64,000 nt of DNA from Macrostomum lignano. Taxonomy: Eukaryota. The position numbers and the translations under genes are program-made. The stretch is taken from contig NIVC01001745.1 of NCBI GenBank assembly GCA_002269645.1, positions 1 through 64,000 of the forward strand, read 5' to 3'. The notes beneath the pieces are model-generated. The model was not told the origin of the DNA. It ran no database searches and worked only from the letters and a program-made list of their open reading frames with translations. How positions within the stretch are numbered: position 1 is the first letter of the stretch; every line of letters begins with the position of its first letter. Shown here one piece after another: positions 43,420 to 56,933 of the stretch.

Positions 43420-44075
43420 AATCTCTCGACACACCGGAAATGCCGCTAATCCATCTCCCAACAAACGGAAATGCCACTTATCCATCTCCCAAAACACCGG
43501 AAATGACGCTAATCCATCCCAAAACACACCGGAAATGCCGCTAATCCATCTTCAAACACACCGGAAATGCGGCTAATCCATCCCAAAACACACCGGAAAT
43601 GCCGCTTATCCATCTCCAAAAACACCGTAAGTGCCGCTAATCCATCTTCCAAAACACTGGAAGTGCCGCTAATCCATCTTCAAACACACCGGAAATGCGG
43701 CTAATCCATCCCAAAACACTCCGGAAATGCCGCTTATCCATCTCCCAAAACACCGGAAGTGCCGCTAATCCATCTCCCAAAACACCGGAAGTGCCGCTAA
43801 TCCATCTCCCAAAACATCGGAAGTGCCGCTAATCCATCTCCCAAAACACCGGAAGTGCCGCTAATCCATCTCCCAAAACACCGGAAGTGCCGCTAATCCA
43901 TCCCAAAACACATCGGAAATGCCGCTAATCCATCTTCAAACACCGGAAATGCGGCTAATCCATCCCAAAACACACCGGAAATGCCGCTAATCCATCTTCA
44001 AACACCGGAAATGCGGCTAATCCATCCCAAAACACACCGGAAATGCCGCTAATCCATCTCCCAAAACACCGGAAA
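43420..44075. repeat. ~33-bp minisatellite (ACACCGGAAATGCCGCTAATCCATCTCCCAAA) between convergent genes
   Basis: Direct periodicity. Confidence 0.95.
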
Positions 44076-44794
44076 CGCAGCGGCATATGATTTGCATATT
44101 AATAAAAAATTGCATACGAATACAGCGCCAAGTCACTAAATTAACATTTGTCTTTCATTTTTGCCGCAAAAAGCAGTTGTTTGCCGCTGCATCACTAATA
44201 ATACGCGTACTCTGTTAAGCATAATTATGATTAATCTCGTATAAACCACTACTTGTGCTGCTATTTGCATGTGGAAAGGGTCAAAAACTTATTATTTCAC
44301 AGGTACAGTATGATGAGCATTGTGCATGCATGAGTACAATTATAAATTAATAAACGCATAGGAATTAAGCGCCGAAGTTAAAATATTGAAGGATATGGGC
44401 AATAACAAATTGCCACGTTTCTCCATTTTTATTTGACAGCAATTTATGACAGTATATATATATTTACTCAAGTTACATATATACTGATATATCTGCATTA
44501 GTTTACGCCAATATTTATTAGTGCATGTGCACTTTTGAGACAAATAAATTATAGGAAGCCGCGACCACCTGCCCGCCTCCAATAAATACACAATCGAGGG
44601 CAAATCAGAGTTAATGACAACTGGAAAAAAAGTTAATAGAAAACCAAAATAACTAATTTGTTTGAATAAGCGATGTCGCTGGACATTTGTTATAACCAGC
44701 AGGGGTAAATAAGTTGAAAATTATAAAAGAAAACAAATCCTTTGTTACTGAAACTGCATAAATTTATTGTCATAAATATATATACGAGTACCAT

Positions 44795-45235
44795 ATCTTT
44801 GACACCTGTCCCCTTATCTTTGACACCTGTCCCCTTATCTTTGACACCTGTCCCCTTATCTTTGACACCTGTCCCCTTATCTTTGACACTTGTCCCCTTA
44901 TCTTTGACACCTGTCCCCTTATCTTTGACACCTGTCCCCTTATCTTTCACACCTGTCCCCTTATCTTTGACACCTGTCCCCTTATCTTTGACACCTGTCC
45001 CCTTATCTTTGACACTTGTCCCCTTATCTTTGACACCTGTCCCCTTATCTTTGACACCTGTCCCCTTATCTTTGACACCTGTCCCCTTATCTTTCACACC
45101 TGTTCCCTTATCTTTGACATCTGTCCCCTTATCTTTGACACTTGTCCCCTTATCTTTCACACCTGTTCCCTTATCTTTGACACCTGTCCCCTTATCTTTG
45201 ACACTTGTCCCCTTATCTTTCACACCTGTCCCTAT
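44795..45235. repeat. 21-bp minisatellite (TTTGACACCTGTCCCCTTATC)
   Basis: About 21 copies. Confidence 0.97.
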
Positions 45236-45424
45236 CTTTCCCTATTTTTCAATGACGGACTAATCGTTTACAGTAGATAGGAAGCTAACCTATAATATAG
45301 TATTTAGAAAGCATTACTAATAGTAATTAAGAATTGACTGAATAAAAACATAGCCAATAACAAGGCGGAGAGCTGAAGTATTACACTGTTGATTTAATTA
45401 ATCGGTATGATTAATATTATTGAA

Positions 45425-45910
45425 TCAACCAGAAGTGGCGGCCGCGGTCCCGCTAGCACTAGCCGCCGACGGCTTAGCCTCCAGCCGGATGTGCAAAGCA
45501 GATTTCAGTCGCTGCCGCTGCTGCTGCCCCTGGGCGTCCTCATTCAGCTCGTGCAGCAGTCGGTCTGTACAAGCTACGGTGGAGGTGTACACAGCCGGCT
45601 GGCTGGTCAGCTCATCGGCCAGCTGCAGGGCCAGATTGGCCGCTCTGGGCACAGCGGCGCCGAGCCCGTGCACCCAGCACAGGTGAGGCGGCCGGCGGAG
45701 CAGCCTGCGGCAGCGCAGCAGCTGGGCTGGGAAGTTGGTTCGCTTAGTCACGTAGACATCGAATCCGCGCTGCGGCAGGCGGGGAGGCAGGCAGGAGATC
45801 AGGCGGGACTCCTCGGCGTCCATTAGGTTGGCTAGGGGATTCTCTTTGGCCGCGGCGGCTGCGGCGTCGGGAGTCGGCGAGGTGGCGACGGGCTTGGCTG
45901 ATGAACTCAT
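45425..45910 (-). CDS. POP7: RNase P/MRP protein subunit p20 (Rpp20/POP7, Alba-like fold), intronless
   Basis: FDVYVTKRTNFPAQLLRCRRLL, VHGLGAAVPRAANLALQL, TSTV and SALHIRL match Rpp20 hallmarks; ATG taken at 45910. Confidence 0.9.
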   Translation of the reverse strand: MSSSAKPVATSPTPDAAAAAAKENPLANLMDAEESRLISCLPPRLPQRGFDVYVTKRTNFPAQLLRCRRLLRRPPHLCWVHGLGAAVPRAANLALQLADELTSQPAVYTSTVACTDRLLHELNEDAQGQQQRQRLKSALHIRLEAKPSAASASGTAAATSG

Positions 45911-46017
45911 GCCGAGTGCAACGATTCTAAGAGTTGATGGATTGATTATCACTGGGGATCAATGGAGATTATTTGGAACTGTTTATGATTTTCGGCAGAC
46001 ACTCGGGACACCAGAAT

Positions 46018-46982
46018 TCACAGGGTGCCTCTTGGAAGGCTGAACGATAGGCGATCGCCAAGCTCGCCCCAGGTGGGCCGGTACACCTGCGGGGGTTGCG
46101 ACGGAGAGTGCGGGTGGTTTAAGAAATTCTGCAATAGATCAGAGAGCAAGAGATTAGATTAGGGGGAGAGATCAGAGAGCAAGAGATTAGATTAAGGCGA
46201 GAGATCAGAGAGCAAGAGATTATATTAAGGCGAGAGATCAGAGAGCAAGAGATTATATTAAGGCGAGAGATCAGAGAGCAAGAGATTATATTAAGGCGAG
46301 AGATCAGAGAGCAAGAGATTAGATTAAGGCGAGAGATCAGAGAGCAAGAGATTAGATTAAGGCGAGAGATCAGAGAGCAAGAGATTATATTAAGGCGAGA
46401 GATCAGAGAGCAAGAGATTATATTAAGGCGAGAGATCAGAGAGCAAGAGATTAGATTAAGGCGAGAGATCAGAGAGCAAGAGATTAGATTAGCGAGAGAG
46501 ATCAGAGATCAGAGAGCACGAGATTAGATTAGCGAGAGAGATCAGAGATAACGAGATTAGATTAGCGAGAGAGATCAGAGATCAGAGAGCACGAGATTAG
46601 ATTAGCGAGAGAGATTAAACCAAGGGAGAGATCAGACATCAAGCTATAGACTGGGCAGTGGTTACTAAAGGAAAGATCAAATAGAATAAGAGACCAATGG
46701 TATATATAAAGTTATCAAATATACTTAAAAAAGCATTGCACACACCTGATACACGCAGAACCAGGTAAGCAGTGCCACAGTCCAGATGGCGCTGCCAATG
46801 CCGCTAATAATAACCAGACGCCGGATCTGCGCCTGTTCCGGATAGGCCGGCGCTAGGAAGGCCTCGCGAAAAAACCAAGCAAAGTTGGTTAGCCAAAGGA
46901 ATGGCAATAGGAATGCGCCGCCGATAGTGTATTTGCGACAGATGTTGAGCTTGTCAGCACCGCTAGCCTTAGATAGATCCAT
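46018..46982 (-). CDS. PSENEN: Gamma-secretase subunit PEN-2
   Basis: Exons 46982-46746 and 46086-46018 give 101 aa: KLNICRKY..GGAFLLPFLWLTNFAWFFREAF..Q..IR....YRPTWGELGDRLSFSLPRG. Confidence 0.96.
46135..46620. repeat. ~33-bp minisatellite in the PEN-2 intron (GAGAGATCAGAGAGCAAGAGATTAGATTAAGGC)
   Basis: Direct periodicity. Confidence 0.96.
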
Positions 46983-47009
46983 GCGCCTGCGGGAGTGGCG
47001 GCGCCGGCG

Positions 47010-47825
47010 GCTTAGGGGCGATGCTCATGGATGTTTCGGGGCGATGCTCATGGATGCTTAGGGGCGATGCTCATGGATGCTTAGGGGCGATGCTCATGGA
47101 TGCTTAGGGGCGATGCTCATGGGTGTTTAGGTGGACGATTCTCATGGATGCTTAGGGGCGATGCTCATGGATGTTTAGGAGGACGATTCTCATGGATGCT
47201 TAGGGGCGATGCTCATGGATGCTTAGGGGCGATGCTCATGGATGTTTAGGAGGACGATTCTCATGGATGCTTAGGGGCGATGCTCATGGATGCTTAGGGG
47301 CGATGCTCATGGATGTTTAGGTGGACGATTCTCATGGATGCTTAGGGGCGATGCTCATGGATGTTTAGGTGGACGATTCTCATGGATGCTTAGGGGCGCT
47401 GCTCATGGGTGTTTAGGTGGACGATTCTCATGGATGCTTAGGGGCGATGCTCATGGATGTTTTGGGGCGATGCTCATGGATGCTTAGGGGCGATGCTCAT
47501 GGATGCTTAGGGGCGATGCTCATGGATGCTTAGGGGCGATGCTCATGGGTGTTTAGGTGGACGATTCTCATGGATGCTTAGGGGCGCTGCTCATGGGTGT
47601 TTAGGTGGACGATTCTCATGGATGCTTAGGGGCGATGCTCATGGGTGTTTAGGTGGACGATTCTCATGGATGCTTAGGGGCGCTGCTCATGGGTGTTTAG
47701 GTGGACGATTCTCATGGATGCTTAGGGGCGATGCTCATGGGTGTTTAGGTGGACGATTCTCATGGATGCTTAGGGTGATTCTCATGGATGTTTAGGGTGA
47801 TTTTCATGGATGTTTAGGGGCGATC
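47010..47825. repeat. 23-bp minisatellite (GGGGCGATGCTCATGGATGCTTA / GGTGGACGATTCTCATGGATGCTTA) between RPL13A and PEN-2
   Basis: Two alternating variants forming a higher-order unit. Confidence 0.96.
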
Positions 47826-48039
47826 CTACTAAGCCTAAATACTAAAAAGGAAACAAAAAAGAAGAAACACAAAAGACGACAAACTGTTCAGCGTATTTTG
47901 TAATTTTTTTACTCCAACACGAGCGGCACAGACACTTGTCTCTATCGACACACAGAAGTTTCAGTCTGCGAGCCTGTCAGCAATCATGACGCACTGTCAC
48001 AATTCGAATCTCTAAGAATCCATTCACAAATCCAGCCGT

Positions 48040-49453
48040 TCACTTGTGCCCGTAGGACTCGATAATCTTCTGATACTTGGCCACCCGATCCTTGACCTTC
48101 TCGACGGCCTTGGAGCGAAGCTGGCGGTCGCGCAGCTGGCGCTTGTGAAAGTGAGCCGATTTCACCTTGCGCCTGCGCTCCAGGGTGCCAATTACGCCCT
48201 GGTATTTCCAGCCGACCTCGTGCGACAGGCGGCCGAGGACGCAGAACTTGCGGCGGGTCTTCAGCCGGAGGCACTTGAGCGCCGACGGCACCACCTGACG
48301 CTTGGCCTTGTCGTAAGGGCTGGGGATGCCCTCGAACACCTGGATGTGTGTGACGGCGGGTGTTGCGAAGCGATGGTGATACAATTTCGGAGGAATCCGG
48401 GAGGGGATGCTAAGGATGGAGAATCGGGGAATTAAGAGATGCTGAAGATGGAGAACAGGGGAGGGGAATCTGAGGATGGAGAATCGGAGAGGGGATGTAG
48501 GTGTTGGAGAGCCGGGGAGGGGAATCTGACGATGGAGAATAAGAGAGGGGATGCAGGTGATGGAGAGCCGGGGAGGGGAATCTGAGGATGGAGAATCGGA
48601 GAGAGGATGCAGCTGATGGAGAACAGAAGAGGGGAATATAACGATGGAGAATAAGAGAGGGGATGCAGGTGATGGAGAGCCGGGGAGGGGAATCTGATGA
48701 TGGAGAATCGGAGAGGGGATGCAGGTGATGGAGAGCCGGGGAGGGGAATCTGACGATGGAGAATCGGAGAGGGGATGCAGGTGATGGAGAGCCGGGGAGG
48801 GGAATCTGATGATGAATCTGACGATGGAGAATAAGAGAGGGGATGCAGGTGATGGAGAGCCGGGGAGGGGAATCTGAGGATGAGAATAAGAGAGGGGATG
48901 CAGGTGATGGAGAGCCGGGGAGGGGAATCTGAAGATGGATAATCGGAGAGAGAAGGCAGCTTATGCAGCTGATGGAGAACCGGGGAGGGGAATCTGAGGA
49001 TGGAGAATCCATGAGGATGGAGGATGGGGATGGAGGGGATCATGGATGGAGGGATGAGGATGGAGGGGATGATGCGGATGCAGAATCGGAGAGGGGATGC
49101 AGCGGATAGAGAATGGGGCCAGACATGGAACAGCTGCTCACCTTCAAACGGTCAAGAGCCTCGGCGCCCCTGGCGAGCTTGTGCGGCAGCATGCCCCGCA
49201 CGGTGCGCCAGAAGATCTTAGACGGGGCGCGGAAGTGGTACGGTCCCCGACTGGGTTTAGTGTTAAGCCGCTTGCGCAGAAACTCGTGGTAGCGAGTCTT
49301 GTTGCGAAAGAAGGAGCCGGATATGTTGATGCCCTCGCAGCGGACAACTACAACCCGCTGGCCGAGGAGCAGCGTCTTGGCGACCACGGCAGCCAGACGG
49401 CCGAGAAGGTGGCCGCGAGCGTCGATAATCAACGGGCTGGATTTGAATCCCAT
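48040..49453 (-). CDS. RPL13A: 60S ribosomal protein L13a (uL13)
   Basis: Exons 49453-49142 and 48339-48040 give 203 aa: [62 protein letters not shown] and [12 protein letters not shown]. Confidence 0.98.
48390..49100. repeat. Purine-rich ~56-bp bipartite minisatellite in the RPL13A intron
   Basis: GATGGAGAGCCGGGGAGGGGAATCTGA.. and GATGGAGAATAAGAGAGGGGATGCAGGT subunits alternate. Confidence 0.94.
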
Positions 49454-49614
49454 TGCGGCATGCAGTTGGGAGTTTTTTTAGGTTGGATTTGTATAGGAAT
49501 CAAAGTTAGTGAGCTGTGCGGCAGTGGCTGCCTTTAGCAGATAAGCTCTATTTCTACTAACTATAAAAAAGCACATCAGATAAACCAAAGGCTGAGTAGA
49601 CAAAACTAAAAGAC

Positions 49615-51800
49615 CAGAGGATAAGCCACAGGACCAATAGAAGGCGGGTAAGCCACAGGGCCAATAGGAGAAGGCGGGTAAGCCACAGGACTAATAGAAG
49701 GCGGGTAAGCCACAGGACCAATAGGAGAAGGCGGGTAAGCCATAGGACCAATAGGAGAAGGCGGGTAAGCCACAGGAACAATAGGAGAAGGCGGGTAAGC
49801 CACAGGACCAATAGAAGGCGGGTAAGCCACAGGACCAATAGGAGAAGGCGGGTATGCCACAGGACCAATAGAAGAAGGCGGGTAAGCCACAGGACCAATA
49901 GGAGAAGGCGGGTAAGCCACAGGACCAATAGGAGAAGGCGGGTATGCCACAGGACCAATAGGAGAAGGCGGGTAAGCCACAGGACCAATAGAAGGCGGGT
50001 AAGCCACAGGACCAATAGAAGAAGGCGGGTAAGCCACAGGACCAATAGGAGAAGGCGGGTGGGTAAGCCACAGGACCAATAGGAGAAGGCGGGTATGCCA
50101 CAGGACCAATAGGAGAAGGCGGGTAAGCCACAGGACTAATAGGAGAAGGCGGGTAAGCCACAGGACCAATAGGAGAAGGCGGGTATGCCACAGGACCAAT
50201 AGGAGAAGGCGGGTAAGCCACAGGACCAATAGAAGGCGGGTAAGCCACAGGACCAATAGAAGAAGGCGGGTAAGCCACAGGACCAATAGAAGAAGGCGGG
50301 TAAGCCACAGGACCAATAGGAGAAGGCGGGTAAGCCACAGGACCAATATGAGAAGGCGGGTAAGCCACAGGACCAATAGGAGAAGGCGGGTAAGCCACAG
50401 GACTAATAGGAGAAGGCGGGTAAGCCACAGGACCAATAGGAGAAGGCGGGTATGCCACAGGACCAATAGGAGAAGGCGGGTAAGCCACAGGACCAATAGA
50501 AGGCGGGTAAGCCACAGGACCAATAGAAGAAGGCGGGTAAGCCACAGGACCAATAGGAGAAGGCGGGTAAGCCACAGGACCAATAGGAGAAGGCGGGTAA
50601 GCCACAGGACCAATAGGAGAAGGCGGGTAAGCCACAGGACCAATAGAAGGCGGGTAAGCCACAGGACCAATAGAAGAAGGCGGGTAAGCCACAGGACCAA
50701 TAGGAGAAGGCGGGTAAGCCACAGGACCAATAGAAGGCGGGTAAGCCACAGGACCAATAGAAGGCGGGTAAGCCACAGGACCAATAGGAGAAGGCGGGTA
50801 AGCCACAGGACCAATAGGAGAAGGCGGGTGGGTAAGCCACATGGCCAATAGGTGAAGGTGGGTAAGCCACAGGACCAATAGAAGGCGGGTAAGCCACAGG
50901 ACCAATAGGAGAAGGCGGATAAGCCACAGGACCAATAGGAGAAGGCGGGTAAGCCACAGGACCAATAGGAGAAGGCGGGTAAGCCACAGGACCAATAGAA
51001 GGCGGGTAAGCCACAGGACCAATAGGAGAAGGCGGGTAAGCCACAGGACCAATAGGAGAAGGCGGGTAAGCCACAGGACCAATAGGAGAAGGCGGGTAAG
51101 CCACAGGACCAATAGAAGGCGGGTAAGCCACAGGACTAATAGGAGAAGGCGGATAAGCCACAGGACCAATAGGAGAAGGCGGGTAAGCCACAGGACCAAT
51201 AGAAGGCGGGTAAGCCACAGGACCAATAGGAGAAGGCGGGTAAGCCACAGGACCAATAGGAGAAGGCGGGTGGGTAAGCCACAGGGCCAATAGGAGAAGG
51301 TGGGTAAGCCACAGGACCAATAGAAGGCGGGTAAGCCACAGGACCAATAGGAGAAGGTGGATAAGCCACAGGACCAATAGGAGAAGGCGGGTGGGTAAGC
51401 CACAGGGCCAATAGGAGAAGGTGGGTAAGCCACAGGACCAATAGAAGGCGGGTAAGCCACAGGACCAATAGAAGGCGGGTAAGCCACAGGACCAATAGGA
51501 GAAGGCGGGTGGGTAAGCCACAAGACTAATAGGAGAAGGCGGATAAGCCACAGGACCAATAGGAGAAGGGGGGTGGGTAAGCCGCAGGACCAATAGGAGA
51601 AGGCGGGTAAGCCACAGGACCAATAGGAGAAGGGGGGTAAGCCACAGGACCAATAGGAGAAGGCGGATAAGCCACAGGACCAATAGGAGAAGGCGGGTGG
51701 GTAAGCCACAGGACCAATAGGAGAAGGCGGGTGGGTAAGCCACAGGACCAATAGGAGAAGGCGGGTAAGCCACAGGACCAATAGGAGAAGGCGCATATGC
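49615..51800. repeat. 27-30-bp minisatellite (AGGACCAATAGGAGAAGGCGGGTAAGCCAC), ~75 copies, upstream of RPL13A
   Basis: Direct periodicity; source of the 400-729 aa artefact ORFs. Confidence 0.98.
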
Positions 51801-52794
51801 CAAATGATTGTAACACCTATCTGTAAACTTTCTTTGCCAGCTCTAGTAGTTAAATTAATGAAAATGCAGTTAAAATCCATAGAAATAACAGTAAGTCAAA
51901 GTCAACAATGGTTTCCTACGCCAGACAACAGGTCAGAGAGTCCGTTGCATTGCTTTCATACTTGGACAACTCAGTCAGCAACAATCAAACCTGACAAGTG
52001 ATTTTTTTCATCCAATCAAATAGGAGCACACGCACAAAAATGGCCATAGATTCTGGCCCAGAAGAGAAAAACAATAGGCATTAATATATTATAATTATGA
52101 ATATCGAATTGCAGGAGAAGTGTGTGTAAATTCATGGCGGCTCGAATATATGATAGATTAATAAACTCACTCAATTAATTATGTTAAAGTGAACGCAAAC
52201 AAACCGGTGATAATTAAGGGAAGTAAAATAAAGAGGGTTTAGGTGGTTAAAATTAGATTCTATATATGGAGAAAGAGCAGGCAACAAAGGAAGCTAACAC
52301 ACAAGCACACATTCTAGACAATAAATTTAATAGTGTAAGCAATTCAGCTAAGGGGAAGAAGTGCGCAACTTCTCAAATTTTGATTTCTTATGTCTAGAAA
52401 TAACAGTTTAATTTTTTCCATTGCATTCCTAGTGCGCAGAGAGAAACTTTGAATGTGTGAACCAAAAAGATAAACAAAATAAACAATAAGCAAGAAAAAT
52501 AGCCAGACGAAAATCACAGAGTATTCACCCCAGAAACACGAGAAAACGCGGCTCAGGTAGGACGGGATGCTTTTGTTTCTTAGAAAATGTTTACTCATCC
52601 TAGTTGGACACACATTGTGATTAAAAGTTTTTTATCTTGGAGACAAAACAGCCTTCAAAAGTATTTGGTTCTAAGAAACAAAGAATTCCGCCTGTCTACA
52701 CCAGCCGTCTTTCATAGAACAAATAAAAGCGGTTAACGTGTTCAATTCAGCTACTGACAGTAGTTTCATTGCAAACAAATACGATAGTAGTTGT

Positions 52795-55700
52795 TCAACT
52801 TTCGTGATTAGCACTAGCGGCCGCCGCGGCCGAACCGGAGCTCTCAGTGTTGGCCTCCGGTTTCATCGCCGGGAAGAACAGCACCTCCTTGATGTTGTTG
52901 GTGTCGGTCAGGAACATAGCAAGCCGGTCCAGTCCTAGACCCCAGCCGGCAGTTGGCGGCAGGCCCATCTCTAATGCGCCGAGAAAAGTCTCGTCAACAA
53001 ACATGGCCTCTTCGTCGCCTTGCGCTTTAGCAGCAGCCTGGGCTTCGAATAGCTGGCGTTGCACTATGGGGTCGTTCAATTCCGTATAGGCGTTGCAAAT
53101 CTCGCGTCGGCAGGCGAACAGTTCGAAGCGTTCCGTCAGGCCTGGGATGGACCGGTGCCACTTAGCCAGGGGAGACATGATCTGGCAATGGGGATGCGCG
53201 CGATTCTGTGCCGCAAGACTCAATTCACAGTACGTAAGACAGCATCTGAATTGCACGGTTCAAGCTAGCGCCTTCTTAACCATAAGTACCTTGGGATGCC
53301 CGCTACCCCTCCCTCATCAGTACCTCTGATGCTTGAGAATGCCCGCTACCCCTCATCAGTCCCTCTGATGCTTGAGAATGCCCGCTACCCCTCATCAGTC
53401 CCTCTGATGTTTGAGATGCCTGCTAACCCCCTCATCAGTCCCTCTGATGTTTGAGATGCCTGCTAACCCCCTCATCAGTCCCTCTGATGTTTGAGATGCC
53501 TGCTAACCCCCTCATCAGTCCCTCTGATGTTTGAGATGCCTGCTAACCCCCTCATCAGTCCCTCTGATGTTTGAGATGCCTGCTAACCCCCTCATCAGTC
53601 CCTCTGATGTTTGAGCTGCCTTCTAACCCCCTCATCAGTCCCTCTGATGTTTGAGCTGCCTTCTAACCCCCTCATCAGTCCCTCTGATGCTTGAGAATGC
53701 CCGCTACCCCTCATCAGTCTCTCTGATGTTTGAGATGCCTGCTAACCCCCTCATCAGTCTCTCTGATGTTTGAGCTGCCTTCTAACCCCCTCATCAGTCC
53801 CTCTGATGCTTGAGAATGCCTGCTAACCCCCTCATCAGTCCCTCTGATGCTTGAGAATGCCCGCTACCCCTCATCAGTCCCTCTGATGTTTGAGATGCCT
53901 GCTAACCCCCTCATCAGTCCCTCTGATGTTTGAGATGCCTGCTAACCCCCTCATCAGTCCCTCTGATGTTTGAGATGCCTGCTAACCCCCTCATCAGTCC
54001 CTCTGATGTCTGAGATGCCCGCTAACCCTCAGGTATCGATCGCTAATAAAATGAACTCACCTGCGGATGGTTAATCAGGAAAGTGGGATTAATACACTCA
54101 GTCTCTAAGAAGTCGCCAGCCAGTTTGTCCAACAGGCGGGGCACTGTCCTGGGCGGCTGGCATTCTACGTTGCGCTCAACACAAAGCCGGTCGAATAGAG
54201 CCCTGTTAATCGGGTCAGGGAGACTGGCATACAGGTATGATTAAGATTAAGAGATTGGGGGATAAAAGGTGATCAGTAAAATGTAATAGAGACAATAAAG
54301 CATTGCTAATGAAGCAGTGTTAAAGGAAGGGTTAAGAGCTAGAGTGAATAATGGAAAAGTGAAGGGTCATGATGAGTGAGTGAAAGATCTGGATGAAGGG
54401 TGAGGGTGAAGGGTCTGGATGAAGGGTGAAGGTGAGGGTGAAGGGTCTGGATGAAGGGTGAGAGTGCAAGGTCTAGATAAAGGGTGAGGGTGAAGGGTGA
54501 AGGGTCTGGATGAAGGGTGAGAGTGCAAGGTCTAGATAAAGGGTGAGGGTGAAGGGTGAAGGGTCTGGATGAAGGGTGAGGGTGAAAGGTCTGGATGAAG
54601 GGTGAGGGTGAATGGTCTGGATGAAGGGTGAGGGTGAAGGGTCTGGATGAAGAATGAGAGTGCAAGGTCTGGATAAAGGGTGAGGGTGAAGGGTCTGGAT
54701 GAAGGGTGAGAGTGCAAGGTCTGGATAAAGGGTGAGGGTGAAGGGTCTGGATGAAGGGTGAGAGTGCAAGGTCTAGATAAAGGGTGAGGGTGAAGGGTGA
54801 AGGGTCTGGATGAAGGGTGAGGGTGAATGGTCTGGATGAAGGGTGAGAGTGCAAGGTCTAGATAAAGGGTGAGGGTGAAGGGTGAAGGGTCTGGATGAAG
54901 GGTGAGGGTCTGAATGAAGGGTGAGAGTGGCGGACAGAATATATGGTCAAAACCGCATGCCTCAACCTGTCAAATAATTAATACCTGGCTTCCTCCGTGC
55001 CCAGCGTATCCGGGGGAGGCAGCGCCACCCCAAGCCGTTTGCCCAGCTCGGCGTACAGATCCAACCGACGGAACGGCGGCGTGAAGTCCACCTCCCATTC
55101 CACACCTTCCTCCGCATGATAGACGATCTTGTGAGATCCGGTGAGCTCCTTGACTAAGCCGGACAGAAGCTGCTCAGTGATGGCCATGAGATCATTGTAA
55201 TCAGCGTAGGCCATGTAGAACTCGCACATGGTGAACTCGGGATTATGAGTCATGTCGATGCCTTCATTGCGAAATTGTCGGCCAATTTCGTACACCCGAT
55301 CGAAGCCGCCAACGATCAGCTGTTTGAGGAACAGCTCGGGAGCGACTCGAAGGTACAGATCTCGGTCAAGCTCGTTGTGATGCGTCACAAATGGCTTAGC
55401 AGTGGCGCCGCCAGGGATCACGTTCATGATGGGTGTCTCAACCTCCAGGAAGCCCATCTGGTCTAGGAACCTGCGCCAGATGAATGAGAGTTAGCATTGT
55501 CTTGAAACTGGGTAGCTTTGAGTGATAATAATTCAAAATTCTACCCTAGAAGATAACATCGCAGGATTAAAGAGAGGCCTGCATCCTCAGGACTCTGAGT
55601 GAAGAATATTGAGCCCTTGAGAGTCACGGGACGAAGAATCTCGCCCTTAGAGAGCAGCAGGATGAAGAATCTCACCCTTAGAGAGCAGCAGGATGAAGAA

Positions 55701-56898
55701 TCTCACCCTTAGAGAGCAGCAGGATGAAGAATCTCACCCTTAGAGAGCAGCAGGATGAAGAATCTCACCCTTAGAGAGCAGCAGGATGAAGAATCTCACC
55801 CTTAGAGAGCAGCAGGATGAAGAATCTTACCCTTAGAGAGCAGCAGGATGAAGAATCTCACCCTTAGAGAGCAGCAGGATGAAGAATCTCACCCTTAAGG
55901 CCGCAGGATTAAGAATCTCACCCTTAGAGAGCAGCAGGATGAAGAATCTCACCCTTAGAGAGCAGCAGGATGAAGAATCTCACCCTTAGAGAGCAGCAGA
56001 ATGAAGAATCTCACCCTTAAGGCCGCAGGATTAAGAATCTCACCCTTTAGAGAGCCGCAGGATTAAGAATCTCACCCTTTAGAGAGCCGCAGGATTAAGA
56101 ATCTCACCCTTTAGAGAGCCGCAGGATTAAGAATCTCACCCTTAGAGCCGCAGGATTAAGAATCTCACCCTTAGAGAGCAGCAGGATGAAGAATCTCACC
56201 CTTAGTGCCGCAGGATAAGAATCTCACCATTAGAGAGCCGCAGGATTAAGAATCTCACCCTTTGAGAGGAACAGGATTAAGAATCTCATTCTTAGAGAAC
56301 CGCATGATTAAGAATCTCACCCTTAGAGAGCCACAATATTAAAGAATCTCACCCTTTGAGAGGCACAGGATTAAGAATCTCATCCTTAGAGAACCGCATG
56401 ATTAAGAATCTCATCCTTAGAGAGCCGCAGGATTAAGAATCTCACCCTTAGAGCATATTCGATTCTGGGGGTCAAAGTTTTAGCTATAGGATTGGCTATT
56501 TAAAAATTTACGAACCTGCGAACATAGGTAATAATTCGAGCCCTCATGATGAACCGCTGTCGCACCTCAGAGTTAATGATTAGATCCAAATGTCGCTGTC
56601 TGAATCGAGTCTCCTTATCCTTGAGGCCATAGTGCAGATGCGGCAGCTGGCGAAGGCACGGTGCCAGCAGGCGCATCTCAGTAGGCAGGATACTCAGCTC
56701 GCCCTTAGCCGACCGAGTCGGCTTGCCAATCACGCCGACAATGTCGCCTCGCTTGAGCTCCTCGTTGGTCTTGTGAAAGTCCGGCCCAGTGTAATTGCCA
56801 GCGTTGGCTAGAATTTGCAGCTTAGTGCCCTCGCCGCGGATATCGTAGAAAATCAGCTTTGAGCCCTGGCGGTGTAAATTTGGTAGTAGTATTAATAT

Positions 56899-56933
<35 letters not shown>

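Noticed and set aside
48385-49141. Intronic snoRNA as in vertebrate RPL13A
   Set aside because: The intron is almost entirely minisatellite; no convincing C/D box pair with a terminal stem.
49557-51880. Long ORFs of 400-729 aa
   Set aside because: They are translations of a tandem repeat lacking stops; the same applies to ORFs at 7498-8087, 17073-17884, 18260-19181, 20230-22255 (repeat part), 28178-28882, 31840-32489, 35147-36049, 44690-45263 and 59420-59947.
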